Of a stretch of 64,000 nt of DNA, positions 48,168 through 62,000 are shown piece after piece; the first letter of the stretch is position 1; each line of letters begins with the position of its first letter. The DNA comes from Amoebophrya sp. A120 (Eukaryota > Protista > Dinoflagellata). Under the pieces are notes generated by a model. The model saw only the letters and a program-made list of their open reading frames with translations, was not told where the DNA came from and did not search any database. The DNA lies in NCBI GenBank assembly GCA_905178155.1, contig CAJINV010000001.1, positions 10,968,311 through 11,032,310 of the forward strand, read 5' to 3'. Made by a program: the position numbers and the translations under genes.

Positions 48168-51100
48168 ATGGGGCGATTTCGGCAGTTAATGGACAGCCAC
48201 ACGGTGCTCGCGAAGAACAACCACGACGCGAATCCGAACCTCGCAAAAGGCGACGAAGTCGGTGATATTGACCACAGCGTGGTCCTTTCGAAACGAGGCG
48301 AGAGCGTCAAATGCTGGCACTGCGAGAAGAGCAAGAAGGTCGAGGAATGCCCCTACACCTACGTTTGCAGTTCTTCGCACCATTTCACGTGGCTCTGCTC
48401 GGAGATGTGCCAACAGCGGTTCCAAAAACAAAGCGAGACAACTTTAAAGCAGCTCAAGTACTTACCACTATCGACTCTCATTGCACACCTCTTTGATTTT
48501 GGTTTACTTTTGTGAGTGAAAGTACAGGTTCGGAGATCGAGATTTGGTGGTAAAAGTATAACCACTTGATGAATACCAATACTTATGGAAAAGTCTTTCC
48601 ACCCTTCCCCATAATTCTTTGTCTTTCAGGCGCATGCCCAAGACCGCGTTGAACCGCGTGATGCTTACGACGCTGGACGAAGTGCGACGGAAGAATGCGG
48701 ACATTTGTCCGGTGTGCACGGCGTGCTGTGACTTCTACGACAACCGCAAAGCCTTCGGGTCGGACGAAGGCGAGGCCTCGACCAGTGCGGCTAGTGAGGA
48801 GAGCAAGGCGGTGGCGCTGATCGACGTGGCGGAGCTTCCCGACGGGGAGCAGGACGCGGCGATGCTGAGCGAGGTGGAGGAGATGCTGAAGGTAAAGGTA
48901 ACGGCGGGGGAGAAGACGGAGGAGGACGTGGAGGAGGTCGTGGAAAACATCGCCCTGATGCTGGAGAACGGGGAGCTGGACGACGATCTGGTCCAGGCCG
49001 TGCAGGCGGTGGCGTCGAAGGAAAATTTGGAGCACCTGAAAAAGCGCTACCAGCGGTTCCGCGAGGCGTTCGAAATCTGGCAGCTGCACCAGAGGGAGGC
49101 CCAGTTCATGAAAATGATGACCGTGGTGACGAAAAAGAAGGACGAGGAGCCTCCGGTCGTGCCTAAGTCGAAAGAAAAGAAGAAGGACGCCGAACAGGGA
49201 GAGGCGGGCGGGCGGGAACCAGCTTCATCTTCTTCGATGAGCAAAACCTCAACGACCGCGTCGTCTGCTGGTGCCGCAAAGGAGGGCTTGGTGTCCTCGT
49301 CCAGCAGTAGTCCGCAAGACGCGTCGAGCCCGCTGGAATCGTCCGCCGGCGCGGGCACGGCAAAAGACATCGGAACGGCGCAGCAGGTCGCGAAGAGCGA
49401 AAAGGCGTTGAAAGCCGCGGCGAAGAAAAAGGAGAAGGAAGTGAAAACAAAGCCAGCGAACAAAAAAAGCGGCCCGAAGTTTGTTTACAGCAAGAATATC
49501 CTGGAGACGATTACAACGAAGTTGGCTGAAATTTTGAATATCGCTGCTCCGGTTGGGGAAACGGACGAGCTAGAAAACTGGGTCATGGGAACGCTCTTCG
49601 CGCACGAACTCGACCTGGGAAAGTATGTGAACGAGCTAGTGGTAAAATTCACTTTGTTCACTGTTGTTCATAGATTGAGTGTACAGGCACATACAAATTT
49701 GCAACACCCTGAGCGGCCCATCAACTTGTTTTCGAATGAGTTGAAATGCAGCTTCGAGATCAATCCCAACATGGAAAAAAATGCAATCACAACAGAGAGA
49801 CTGTGCGAGCATGCAGTGGGGCGCGTTTTGTTCGCAACACGGAAAGGGTGCCAAGAAGCCAAGCCAGGTGGACACCCTGAGTCTGATTCATTTTGTCGCA
49901 TTTCTTGGCGACCGCATGCCCCAAGCTCTTTCGGCGAACGTCGGAGATACGGTACTAGATTACGCGATGCGACTGGCAGGGGCCACTCTACACGGGTCCC
50001 CGCTGGAAAAGGAAAACACTACCCAAGAGGACTTGAGTGAGCAGCAGCTTCTCAGCCCGACGAGCGTTTCCGTGGCGGAGTCTGCCCCCACGGCCGCAAG
50101 CATTGCCGCACGACAACCTCCCGCCCCCAGCACACCGCCTCCTGCGCGGACAACCGCGGCGAAAGTGGCCGCCGCTGCTGCAGCACGTAGCGCAGCAGGA
50201 ACCGCGCCGACGAGTAAGCCTCCTCCGCAACCGGCAACTGGTCCGCCGCCTCCACCTCCGGAAGCGGTTGTGCCCAGTAAGCCAGCCGCCCGGGTGGAGC
50301 GCGCCGCACCACCCCCAGAACCGGTTCCAGAACCCGTGGAGGCAGAACAAACCGCTGTTGCGCGCCCAGTCAAGACCAAGTCAGAGGAGACGACCGTACT
50401 ATACAATTTCATCGTCATATTAATTAGTGACAGCTTACCCTTACGTTGACGTGCTTTATTCTTGGCTTGCGCCACTTGCGCAATGCGAATCCTGCCTCAG
50501 ACCTTGAATTGAATTCGGAAGATTTTCTATATCGCAATGAGTGGCGGAGGCGGGGTCCGTTTATTCCGTTGTGATCCGCACTCGCCCTGTCGTAGAAAGA
50601 TCTGCGTATCGTCATTTTCCACGAAAACACACAGGGTTCGTCGCTAGTGGCCGAAGCATGTCGAACCGAGAGGGATCGAGCGCGCACGGAGGAAAAGCTT
50701 TGGCAGTGCGTTCGGTTTCTCGCTGTGGAATTCTACGCTTTTCTGGTGATCGTTGGGACTCGAGATTACAGCGTTGCAACCCGATTGCAGGAAAGATGGG
50801 TCACGTTTCTCGAGCTCATACTTGAGGAAGACCCTCTTCATTCTCTCGGGGAACCACGAGTCCCTCTTTCTGACGGTTTGTTCTTTTTTTCTTTCTGGGT
50901 ACGCTGAATACGCTACCGGTATTTATTAGGAATCTTGATAAGTAGACGCAGAGCCAGTTTGCTTTATTATTGTTTAAAGGGGAAAAGACGTGTGCCTATT
51001 TGAAACTTTTGCAGGTGTCAAGAAAGCACTTCCAGCAGAAAAGCGGCGGACGATTTGCGAAAAACTCGCAGCTCTTACCGAAGTTCCACTCCAATATGCG

Positions 51101-51772
51101 CTTCAGATTCTTCGTGCGAACGCAGAGGGTTGGTTTTTCGAAGCAAAGCGTCTTCTTCCCGAATTCGATTGGCACCGATGTAGCTCGCCAACGACGGGCA
51201 AACATTGGTTCCTGAATGGCGTCACGGGGGAGTGGTTTTTCGAAGATCGATCCACCGAGGCTGGCTGGCAAAAGCAACTTCTTTTTGAAGACGCAAAGGA
51301 CGCCAAGCCTCAATACCAGAAGCCTGCAGCTTGGTACTTATTATGTCCGGTAGAATTTAAATTTTTTTACTTTAGCTATGGCATTTTAATTTTTAGAAGC
51401 GCCTCAGAGCCAGGACTTAAGTGCCTTCCTTGAAGATCCTTCAATGACTGGCAAAATATCAGGCCAAAAGCGGAGGCATTAGTTCGAGTGCAGATGCACT
51501 TTGCAGTTGTCAGATCCTCCTGCGCCCCTGGTTGTCCTCGGGTTGGCGAGGATGCTAAAAGCTGGCTCCGGCATATGCTCTGTCTATGTGGCTCCTCTTA
51601 CGATGACGCGATCGTTCTAACGTCGATCGGACGATTAAGGTTCGCTATATGATAAACTACTTACAAGAAGAAGTTAAAATCAAATAAACTCCAAAACAGG
51701 TTTATCAAAATTCGAGGGGAAGACGCAGGACGGTGGTTCCACATGAAGAGTTTGGCAGATACTTACGTATGA
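48168..51772 (+). CDS. Hypothetical multi-exon protein (Cys-rich Zn-finger-like N-terminus, Pro-rich linker, WW-like motif)
   Basis: A phase-compatible GT-AG chain links ORFs at 48168, 48619, 49781, 50647 and 50990. Motifs CWHC..C..CSEMC, CPVC and WHRCSSPTTGKHWFLNGVTGEWFFE. The 3' exons are uncertain. Confidence 0.55.
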
Positions 51773-53176
51773 TAGGCTTCCCATAGGCACCGCCCAGGTA
51801 AAGTAGTGACTTATCTGTCCCTTGGCTTTGGCAACGTCGCACCTTGGTTGGTGGAAAAGAGCTGGAAATGCAGCTGCTGCGGAGGAACTTCTTATTGTCG
51901 CCGGCCAACCACGACAAATTTCTTGCCCGCGCTTGGTGGAGCAGCGTATTGGGCTCAGGTCGTCCCCTCGGGCGGATTGCAGGTGGTGCTTTCCCGGGCC
52001 TCAAGGATCCCTTTGAGCTTGCAGGCGCTTAGTCGAAGAAGTTAATAGAATGGCAGGGGCAGCCGGAGCTTTGTTGACGAGAGTGATAGAGTTGGTATCC
52101 GATTATGTTAAAATTAGCAAGGTGGCTATTCCATTTTGGTTTTTCGCATCAGGCAGGGAGTTATTCGATTTTCGTCCAGGCTGTAGTTTTCGCGAGGAGG
52201 TTTTCACGAGGCGTTATGATAAATTGTATTTGTATGTACGAGTAGCCATGGTAATATGAGAATCGGGAAGCTTTCCTCGTCGACGTCTGAGGCGAACCGA
52301 GGCGGCCAATCCACGTATTTGCTTCAATTTATTTTGTGACCTGTGTATTGCATGGCACAACTTCAATTTCTCCCCCCTCCAGCGCATTCGCAGATCGTCT
52401 ACCGCAGCCACGAAGACCGCTGCGAAAATGAGAATGGCTGCGGCTTAAGTTTGTTTTTTTTTAGCACAATTTTGGCCAAGTCCAGGAATCGAAATCGTGC
52501 CCACGGAATTGATGGGCTGAGTATCGATATTGGTTTGTTGGACTACTAGGCAGGCTTCAATCTCCCTGCTCTTCTTCAGATCTTCGCAAACAAAAACGAC
52601 CTCGACTGGATATCTCGATTATTTTGCAGTGTCTATGCTTATCCTCATTGGTTTTTTGATCGGTAAGAATTTTAGAAAAAGATTTTTTGTTGGCGCATAG
52701 CTGCATTTCGCACGAATAACATCGATGGAACTTGTATTTTGCGGAGGAAAAAAAAGGAAAAATAAGAGTCGCACAGTATAGAAGTTTGCAGTTCGCCGTT
52801 TGTTCGGAAAAACATCTTGATGCTAAAAAAATGTCGATATTTGTTCTTGTTCGGGTTGCGTCGAAAAGAGCGAGTAAAGAAGGCGAGGGTGCCAGGTGCT
52901 TGAAAATCCCGCAGAGACCGAGTGATACAGAAAAGAAACCATTCGTCGTGATGAAACTCAAATTGATAGAGTGATGAAGGAATTCAAGATTGATAAAAGG
53001 CCTGCTATTGAAGATTTCATTCGCCAAGTCGAAAACAATCTCGAAAAATAGAAGAAGTTCAAGCTGTACGAACTAGTGCTGTAGCTGGGAGCATTTCATT
53101 CGGTATTCCGACGGGGTGTAAAGTTTCTCTCTCACATCCACGGTCAGAGCAGTAGATCTTCAGGAGCACCGAACAA

Positions 53177-54021
53177 ATGGCCTCCACTAATCCTGCTTCG
53201 CGCGGCCAGCAGACCCCGTACGGGGCGGCCAATCTGGGTCACACGCGGACTGCGCCGGGCTTCGTGCAGGAATCCGTTCGCGAGAAGAGCGTGAAGTTCG
53301 CGGTTCCCGAGCACGAGGGAATGACGAAGTGGTTGCGGCAGATGTTCGTGAAGCTCGTTTTCTACACGGTGATCGGCGACATCTTGATCTGCGCTGCGTT
53401 GGCCCTGTTTTACGCCGGAGACGGCGGGGGCGGCCCCAGCTGCCCGCAGACGAACATGATGGTTGCCTGGTTGGTCACGGGCGTCATTGGGTCTATCCCC
53501 ACGACGATGGCGATCCACACGATTTACGAGTTCTACGAGAATTTCCGCCTGGCGTTTGTCGCGGAATCCGTTGCGACGTTTGGCGCCTGCATCTGGCTCG
53601 CGGCCGGCACCGCCTACACTTTCACCATTCCGGCCGGGGACTGCCGCAATATTCTCTGGTTGCTGGTACTACTTCTATCTTGTTCTAGGTTTCTTGTAGT
53701 TTGTGATACTTAATACACAAATATGCAAAAACAAATCTTGTAGTGTCTTTGCGCTTCTTTGCTTCGAACTACGTGCAGGCAAAATTTTGAGTAACTCGAG
53801 GTCGAGGTAATTCCCGTTTGCGATCTCGGAGGTGAAAATAAAAAAACCAGATGGCTTTCTTCTCGTTGATCACGCTTGTGTTTCTGTTCTTCATGATTGG
53901 CGCGATTCTGATGACGACCCTCGTGCCGGCGTTGTATAAGCTGACGCAGCAGGTGTCTGCTGCGCTGTCGGGCTACACGGCAGTGCAACAGGTGGAGCCC
54001 GAGACGGGAAATGAAGTGTGA
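53177..54021 (+). CDS. Four-pass membrane protein, 2 exons
   Basis: Four hydrophobic helices with loop Cys residues. GT-AG intron 53666-53850; stop TGA at 54019-54021. Confidence 0.75.
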
Positions 54022-56016
54022 GAAGACGACTCGATCTTCGTGTCTTGAAGTGTCACCGAAATAAGGAGAAACTGACGCTCAACAGAACAAGTATCATTTT
54101 TTAATAACAAACAACGTTTTTCCGTTTTGTCTAACACACGACTCGGTGTGTGTTTCTTCCCTCGCTATTGAAAGAAATGAACAAATACAAAACTCAGCAG
54201 TTCGGAAATCGTTTCACCAACATCAATAATGAAACCAAGGTTTAGGCGAGTACTGAAGTGATGTATGATTTCCTTTCTTCTAGACGAGCTACTTTTGCAA
54301 AGTTTATTTCCCTTCGTTTGATTTGAGTTTGACAGATGCTTGATAAATAGAGATATTCACAAACATCGACAAAAGATTTATTTTGGTTGCTATTGAGCTC
54401 GAGCTGAGAAAGAAAATTTTAATTTCCATGATCAACTTTAGCTTAGAACTTTTCCTAGTGTGCGATACGTGTCACACTAGATCTTGCCTGGGGATTGCCT
54501 CCTTATCAATTTGGTATTTCGGCCGAGACAATTCAAAGAGCTTTTACCACATTTTCTTAGTTTCTTTACCTTTTCCAAGAACTAAAATTTTGAATCTTAA
54601 TGTCTTGCGCTGCGTGATTCAGAAACGCAAACAGTTTAGATGCAGCGAGCAAGAGCCGCTCTTGCCTACTTGTGAACTCTGCGGTTCCCGTGGTCGCGGG
54701 TACTAATCCCCATGAATAGCCTGGATTCGCCTGGATTTCGCCGGGAGCCAATCGCGTGTCCTGGGTGAGAAAAGAGTGAAATTGAGCTAGACGGTAGGCG
54801 ACTAAGATTCAAAAAATTTCTTGAGCTCCTCTTGATATTGATAGATACACTTCTGATGAACTAGCAAGCTTGAGCCTGATGTGATGGCGACGAGGACTGG
54901 CTGCAGCTGGCATTGTTCACTGCGAAAAAAGACAACCCGATCCACCTCTCAAAGAAAATCAGATGAAGATCTAAAGTGACCTTATGGCCTGAAGTTTCCG
55001 GCGAGGAGCGCGACATTCACCTGGTTGACGTTGACCGGAGAAGTTAAACAATAAATTTCGCTGAAGCGAACCTACTTACATTGAATGGCGGATCCGCTCG
55101 CGCCAAAATGAGATACGACGTCTACTTGATTAGTAGACAGAAAATTTCTGAAGTAGCGTAAGACATGCGCAAAATAGTTTATGAATTTGAAATGAAGATG
55201 AAGTCTTTTCTCCACGCATGAAGATCTTTGTAAAATACTGACGTTCTGAATTCTGTAGCTACAGCTAGCCCGAGGCCCTCGCTCCCGCCCCAATGTGTTG
55301 AAGTTGAACTAGCTACACGCAATAACAGGGCTATGGAGAATCGACACAGCACGTGTTTATTGATTTTGAATTTAGTAGAAAGATAGAAAGTCATTATAGT
55401 TACATTATATCACGATTTGATAGGCATGCCTAGCTGCCCATGCCTTTCCCTCCCCGCCAAAAGCTCCACCATGAAAGCAGAGCGAAAGCGCGACTGAAAA
55501 ATAAATATTGGAAGTGTTTTCGTTTTGCTAGGAAAAGTTCGTGGACCTGTAGTAGATGTGCGTGATTCCATTGTCATTGATAAGCCGTGTTGTGAAATAG
55601 TGACGTGCGTTGTTTGTGTAGTGGCTCGTGCTAGTGAAGCAGTCGCAGTCATGAGCACTGCGCAACTGACTGGCACAGCGCAGAGAGATGTGCGAGGTCA
55701 CAACAAAAATGAACACCAACACGACCTAGTCTGACTCCTGACTTCGCGGCGCTACATTTGTAGTAAGCCAAATCGTTTGTGAAGGTCTCTAATGGCAATG
55801 AATAATATCGTGTGCGCTTCCCCTTGCCCTTGCCTTCCTGCATACAGGCTAGTGTAATTGCGTTAGCGCGATTTGTAAGACGCAGGGATTGGCGTCTGAG
55901 AGGGGGTGGCCTCGCAGCTTCATTCGGAAGTGACTGCGTCATCTTCCTTCCAACCGAGTGGCGACAGTGACATATTATCCGCATCTACACGGAACGAAAG
56001 CTGCTTCTCAGCACCG

Positions 56017-59000
56017 ATGAAGAACCAGAAAAATAACAATACGAAAAGCTCCGGCGAAGTCCGCAAGCCGGACGGAAAGGAGGCACGGAATGGCACGTCG
56101 CGAGGTGGAGGAGATCAGCACCACAGTCAGCGCAGTACCAAGAACGGGTCCGCCGCTGCGAAAGCGCCGACGCAACGGCGGCCGAACTACGAGCATTCGA
56201 CGACGAGCAAGCCGCTCTCTTACGGAGAACTGAGTGAGCAATACCAAATCGCACAGATGCACAATGCGTCTTCGTCGTCGAAAAATAATATGAGACCGCC
56301 GCCCTCTTCCTCTTCTTCCGCCGCGGGCGCAACGTCGTCTTCATTGGGAACAGGGTTGTACGTCGGGAAGTTGAAAAAGCCCATGGGAGGAGCACCAGCG
56401 AGCGGAACAGCCACGAATGCTGGCAACAACAAGGGAAACATGCAGGACGTGGGTGACCACGCGCAGCAAGAAAACAATCATTCAAAAAAGAAGCGGAACA
56501 GAACAAAGAAAACGAGTCAGCCACCCCGTAACGATAACTCCCATGCGAATGATTATGTAAGCCCGCGCGCTGTCCCGTCGGATGTTTCGCCGAGGGGTCC
56601 GCAGTTAATTCCGCTCCGGCCCAAGAATTTCCCCGTGGACACTGCGAAAGACCACAGGGTGACTCCTCGGCACAGGAATGACGACCAGCAGCAAAAAAGT
56701 GGGGGAGCAGGGGGTGCTCGTGGTGTGAATAACACGACGAACACCAGCAACCCTCTTAATACCAGGAAGCAGCTGAACCTCCCGGAGCCATTGTTTAGCA
56801 GCCAGAACCAGCATCGCCGGACGAACAACCAGAACCGTCATCAGGAGCAGCAGCAGCAGCAGCAAAACCAGAACCACAACCAAAGCCGTCATCAGGAGCA
56901 CCAGCACCAACACAATCGGCAGGAACAGAGTCAGCAGCACCAGGCCCGGCATTACCAGCAACAGATGCAGGCCCAAAAGGAGACTCGACTGTCTATGTCC
57001 GCATCTTCTCCATCGCCTGGGCTGCAGCAGAGAACTAGGGGTGGCTCTGCTTCGAGCAACGCTGCAACAAGTAGCGGAACGCCCGCGCACGGCCAGGGCG
57101 GGGGGCAACAGCAACAAAAGAAGCTGCAACACCAGACGCCGTTCTTTATTCCGCCCGCCATGGGTGCGATCCCGTTCCCCCCACCGGGGCCTATTTCCAT
57201 AGGCGGTGCTGGAGGTGGTCCACCTGGAGCAGGAACGCTCAACAACAGGTTCGGTGTGACTTTCCAAAATCCGCAGCAGCACATGCCGATCACCCAGATG
57301 CAGATGGAGCAGCTGCAAATGCAACAGCAGATCCAAAAGCAGCAGATGGAGGTGTTCCAGCAGCAGCTGCAGCAGAGCCAAGTACTTCAGCGGCACCAGC
57401 AGCGGGGGCAGATGACAGGCCCTTCTACTGGAGGTCCTCAGGCTGCGCCAGGAGCACGACCAGCTGCACCTCCCGGCGCTGCCGCCTCTGGTTCGTCCGC
57501 GGCTCCTGCTGCAACCAACCAGAACGCGCGGAGCGTGGAGGAAGTGGATTGCGTGATCATCGACGCGCCGAATGTGATGCGGTGGACCACGACGGACCGC
57601 AATGGAACCAACACCAAAACGGCCGGGGAGCTGAAGTACCTAGACGTGATCATAAAGGAGATCCAGCACATGTTCGGCAGCCGCGTATTGATCGAGGTCG
57701 TGGTGTACAAGCCCACGTGGACCGAGGTGGAAAAGGAACACAAGAACCAGCGGGAGAAAGCGATCCTCCTCAACCGCATCACACGGAACGTGACCGGCGG
57801 CATCTTCCCCGCCCCCGCGGGCACCGACGTGGACAGTTTTGTGTTTTCCCGCGTCATGAAGCACGTGCACCCCAAGGACCTCACCCAGGGGCTTGGCGAC
57901 AAGTGGATGCAGCGCCTGCAGTGGCGCGACGACGCAGAATTACGGGCGCGGATCGTCAGCAACGACAAGTATCGGGACTACCTAAAGCTGGTTCCGGACG
58001 TGGAGTTTCGCAACGCCTGCCAGCGCGCCTTGCTCAAATTCAGCATCACCACAAAACCGGATCAGAGTATTGCTTATTACGACATTGAAATTTATTGAAT
58101 TTCCGTGGTCTAACTTTGTGAATTCTACTCCTCTCCTCGTGTGGGCAAATTTGCAGCATACTTATCTACATTCTTGACGCTCTAGGACTAGGAGTAGGAT
58201 TTTCTTTGCCACTTTGCAGGTTTGGAAGCCGCTTTGCATGCGGTCGAAAAGGATAATGAACAGCCAGGAGGAAAATTCCAGCGGGGGAAAACCGCACTGA
58301 ACATTCCTCCTGCCACCGTTCCCGGGTCGGCAAGTGTTTCGGTGTCCTCTGCGCAACAAGGATCGACGCCCGCTGAAGTTTTTACGCAGAGAAGCGCAGC
58401 GTTCAACAAGAACGCGGTGATGCTGGACCACAGCAACAAACAGCGCAGCGAGGGCAAAATAACAAGAGGTAATATGGAGGAGAGGTCCGCGTCGGGAAAT
58501 ATCAACAGGGACCAACAGCACGATGAGGAGGAGCCGGATCATCAGACGCAAAAGAAGAAGATTCTGCGGGAGAAATTGGATGCTGCCAAGGCGAAGCGCG
58601 GTATGCTGGTCGTTGAGCAGCGCTCCATTTTGGACGTGTCGCCGAAACGTAACCAAAACGCGGACCATAAGGGCGCGCCAGCCGACGGGCAGCATGTTCA
58701 GCAGCGGAGTTCCGCACCTGCGAAGTCGTCAAGCAGTGCAGCCTTGTTTGGCAATGCTAACGCTTCTGCTGGGATGAACAATGGTCACCACGCACAGCCA
58801 CTCCAACGATCCGCAGACGGCAAAATTCAACTGAAACACCCGTCGAAGCGGGACCGCGAGTTGCGGCGCGAGCAGCAGCGCTTGGCCCGAGCTGAGGCAG
58901 AGCGGAAAAACGAGTTAGCAAAGCAGGAAGATGAGCGGGCTCGCGCAGCAAATAACGACCCTGCATTGCTTGGGACGAACAACAAGCAGCGATCCGAAAG

Positions 59001-62000
59001 TATCAAGGGCGGAGAGGAGCAGCGCTCGCGCCGCGGAAGGTCGCGGTCTCGGCACCGTGACCGCCAGAGGACCAACCGCCACGACGAGGACCTGCGGCCG
59101 GGCGCCGTTTCCACTCGTACCCGCGGCCGGGAGGAGGAGCTGCGCCGACATCACCTCGCAAAGACGAGGGGCGATAGGAGGAGTGGCTCTCTCCCGCGTA
59201 CCGGAACCACACCAACATCTTCTCGCCTGCAAAGTGGTACTACTTCGAGTGCGCTAGTATCTTCGACTGCAGCAGCGCCTGGGGGAGGGGGACCACAGGC
59301 ACAGCAGAGCAATGCCGAGAGGACGAACGCACGACTGCAGGAGCTCAAGGCGCTGCACAAAAACGGCACGCGGCGGCGTCAGCGGCAGGCACGGCTGCCC
59401 GGGAACCCGGTGGCAGTGGCCGGAAATCGCGGGGCGACCGACGGTTCGATGTCCATCTCGCCTCGCGAAGGCCACAGCTCGCCGTCCAACGCATTGTCCG
59501 TGGCCGTGGAGGCGGAGGAACATCACCGACAGCGGAATAAAGAGCGCAAAGACGGAGCTCCGCAACTGGCAATGGTCGAGGCAGTGGCCGAAGAGCCACC
59601 GTCGGCGGCTTCGTCCAGTAGTGGAGCGAACGAGTCGCCGCGGAGTCGGAGCAGTTCGATCTTTGAGGGTGACGGCCGCGCCTCCCGAACGGGTCCATCA
59701 GTGAGCAAGAGTCCAAGTCATCTTTTGCTGGTGAAAGATGTCAGGGGCAGCGGCGGTGGCCCGGGGACAAATCGAAGCAGTCCAGCGAAAAACGCAGAAG
59801 AAGTTCATCACGCACAGAAAAATGCAACGGCGGACGATTTTGCGCGCCGCAAGAAAAGCGCAGACGGTACAGCAGTGCCTCCACCACCACCTCCGCCGCC
59901 TCCACCACCGGAAGACAACGGCGACGTTCTGATTAAACCGCCCACGCCGATTGCGGATGCTGAGCTGCAAGGAATCCGTGCGAGGTCGCAGCTGTCGATT
60001 GCTAGTATGGACCAAGATGCGGGTGAGATGCGCGCAATCTATGACTCCATTCCGGAACCCGAGATCCTCCACGTGCCCAGCACAAACCCGTCTTCATCCA
60101 GTGCGCTCTCGTCTCCCCGTCTCGCGCCGGCAGATTCTCCCCCTTCGTTGCGAGTCGCTCCGCCCCCCGCGCCGCCACGGGCGTTTTCAGCCTTCAGCGT
60201 GGTCTCAGAAGCGCAACTGCCGGCGGGCGGCGGAGCGTCGAACCATTTGTCGTCCTCGTCGCTGAAGAAGCTCGTTCCCAAGGCTCCCAGCTGGATGCTC
60301 CCCTCGGCCGACGGCTCCCCAGCACTAGTTCCCGTCAATACCACGGTCTTGATGCATCAACACCGACCCGCATCTTCACTCCCCGATCTCGCCAGAAGTG
60401 CCGGTGTGGACGAGAGCGCGAGCAACGTCGGGACTACGACGCAGAACAACGATGCTTCAGTGCTTCTGCCGGACCGTAGCGAAGTTGTTTCGCGTGATGA
60501 TCGTCCGATGAAAACAATCCGAGAAGAATCCAAAGGGGAAGCGGGAGCTGCTTCGCCAAGAACGAGCAAGCACGAGGAATCGATTGGCGCCGCAGGGGAG
60601 CGAGCAGGCGCTGTTCCAGAGCGGGTTTCACTGGGCGGTTCCGGGAAGAAGACCCGCGTCTTCACGGTCGACCGCAAGTCGCTCAGCGAAGCGTCACCAT
60701 CAGCGCGAAAGTCGGTTGGTGACAAGTCTTCATCAAAAAATCAGGACACGTTGCGCGTGGTGCAGCGCAAATCCGTACCTGCTCCAGCAGTTGACGCGAC
60801 GACCACGGCAAAGAAGGAAGATGATGGAGCGAAGAAAGCGAGAGCAGCGGCGAACGAGGATACGACCACTTATATTGATGCGGCCGAAAGGCAAAAATCC
60901 TTGGTGGTGACCACGGAGAGAACAGGCAGACCGGAGCGCGAACATCATCCTCCCCGCTCGGGAACCGGCAGACATCGTCGTGAAAAGGAACAAAAGCGAC
61001 AGGGTACTTTGGACCGGCGAAAGGAGCCGCGCGGCCGGTATGTTGACTCGCGGTCCGATCGAGGGGCGAAGCGATCTCCGGGCCGAGGGACAAGATACCA
61101 TTCGCGGTCACGCCGTGGTGACGAGCCGTCTAGGAGCGAGAATGCCGGTGCATTCAAACCGATTCCGAGAAATACGCAGGCGGGGACAAAGGAAGGCCTC
61201 CAGGGAAGCAGTGGCGTTATTCTCGGGTCGGAGTCGAATACTTCGTCCTCGGCGAGTGCCAGTCGGGCAGTAGTACCCGTGTTCTCCCTTGCCGTCCCGC
61301 CACTTCCGAGAGAGAAATCGCCGGAAAACCGCGCTCGCGTAGTAGAAGCAGAGAAAAAACCCGCCGACCTTCATCCTTCATCCTCGAAGCTGCTGCAAGT
61401 GCCAACGGCTTCTGCGAGCCACGGCCATCGCCCCACTGGAGGGGCCAAGCGACAAAAAATTTCAATGCCTGTTGTAGAAGATAAAGACAAGCCGAAGACA
61501 AGCGGTGCGACATCGGGTGAGCCGTTACATAATTCTTCTACCGCGCCTGCTGCTGGCAGCAAGAGCGTCCCGGAAAAAACCTCAGCCGCAAAGACAGCAA
61601 ATGTAGAAGTTGCAAGGATCCCTGCTGTGGTGTCCACTTTTGTCCCGAGTGCAGTGCCCAAGAGCGCTAGTATTAAAGTAACACCGCCTGCTGTTTCGAC
61701 TTCGATCACAGCTGCGCCTGCAGCCGCGACTGGTGTAGGCATTTCAGCTCCCGTACTGAACGTGCTTCCTGTGGCGCCGGTCACTCAAAAGCCTCGTAGC
61801 CAATCAGACATGATGGAAGTCAGTAGTGACGGAGGGTCCATCTGCATCGATGGAGATCTCTCCTCCGAGGCACCCTCGGACATGTCGAATCGCCACAGGC
61901 CCGTCGCTGAAGACGAAGCTGGCCGTGGGCCGACGAGTGCGCAAGGGGTTTTGGACAAGGGTACCGAAGGCAGCTCAAGTTCTTCCTCGTCTTCGAGCAG

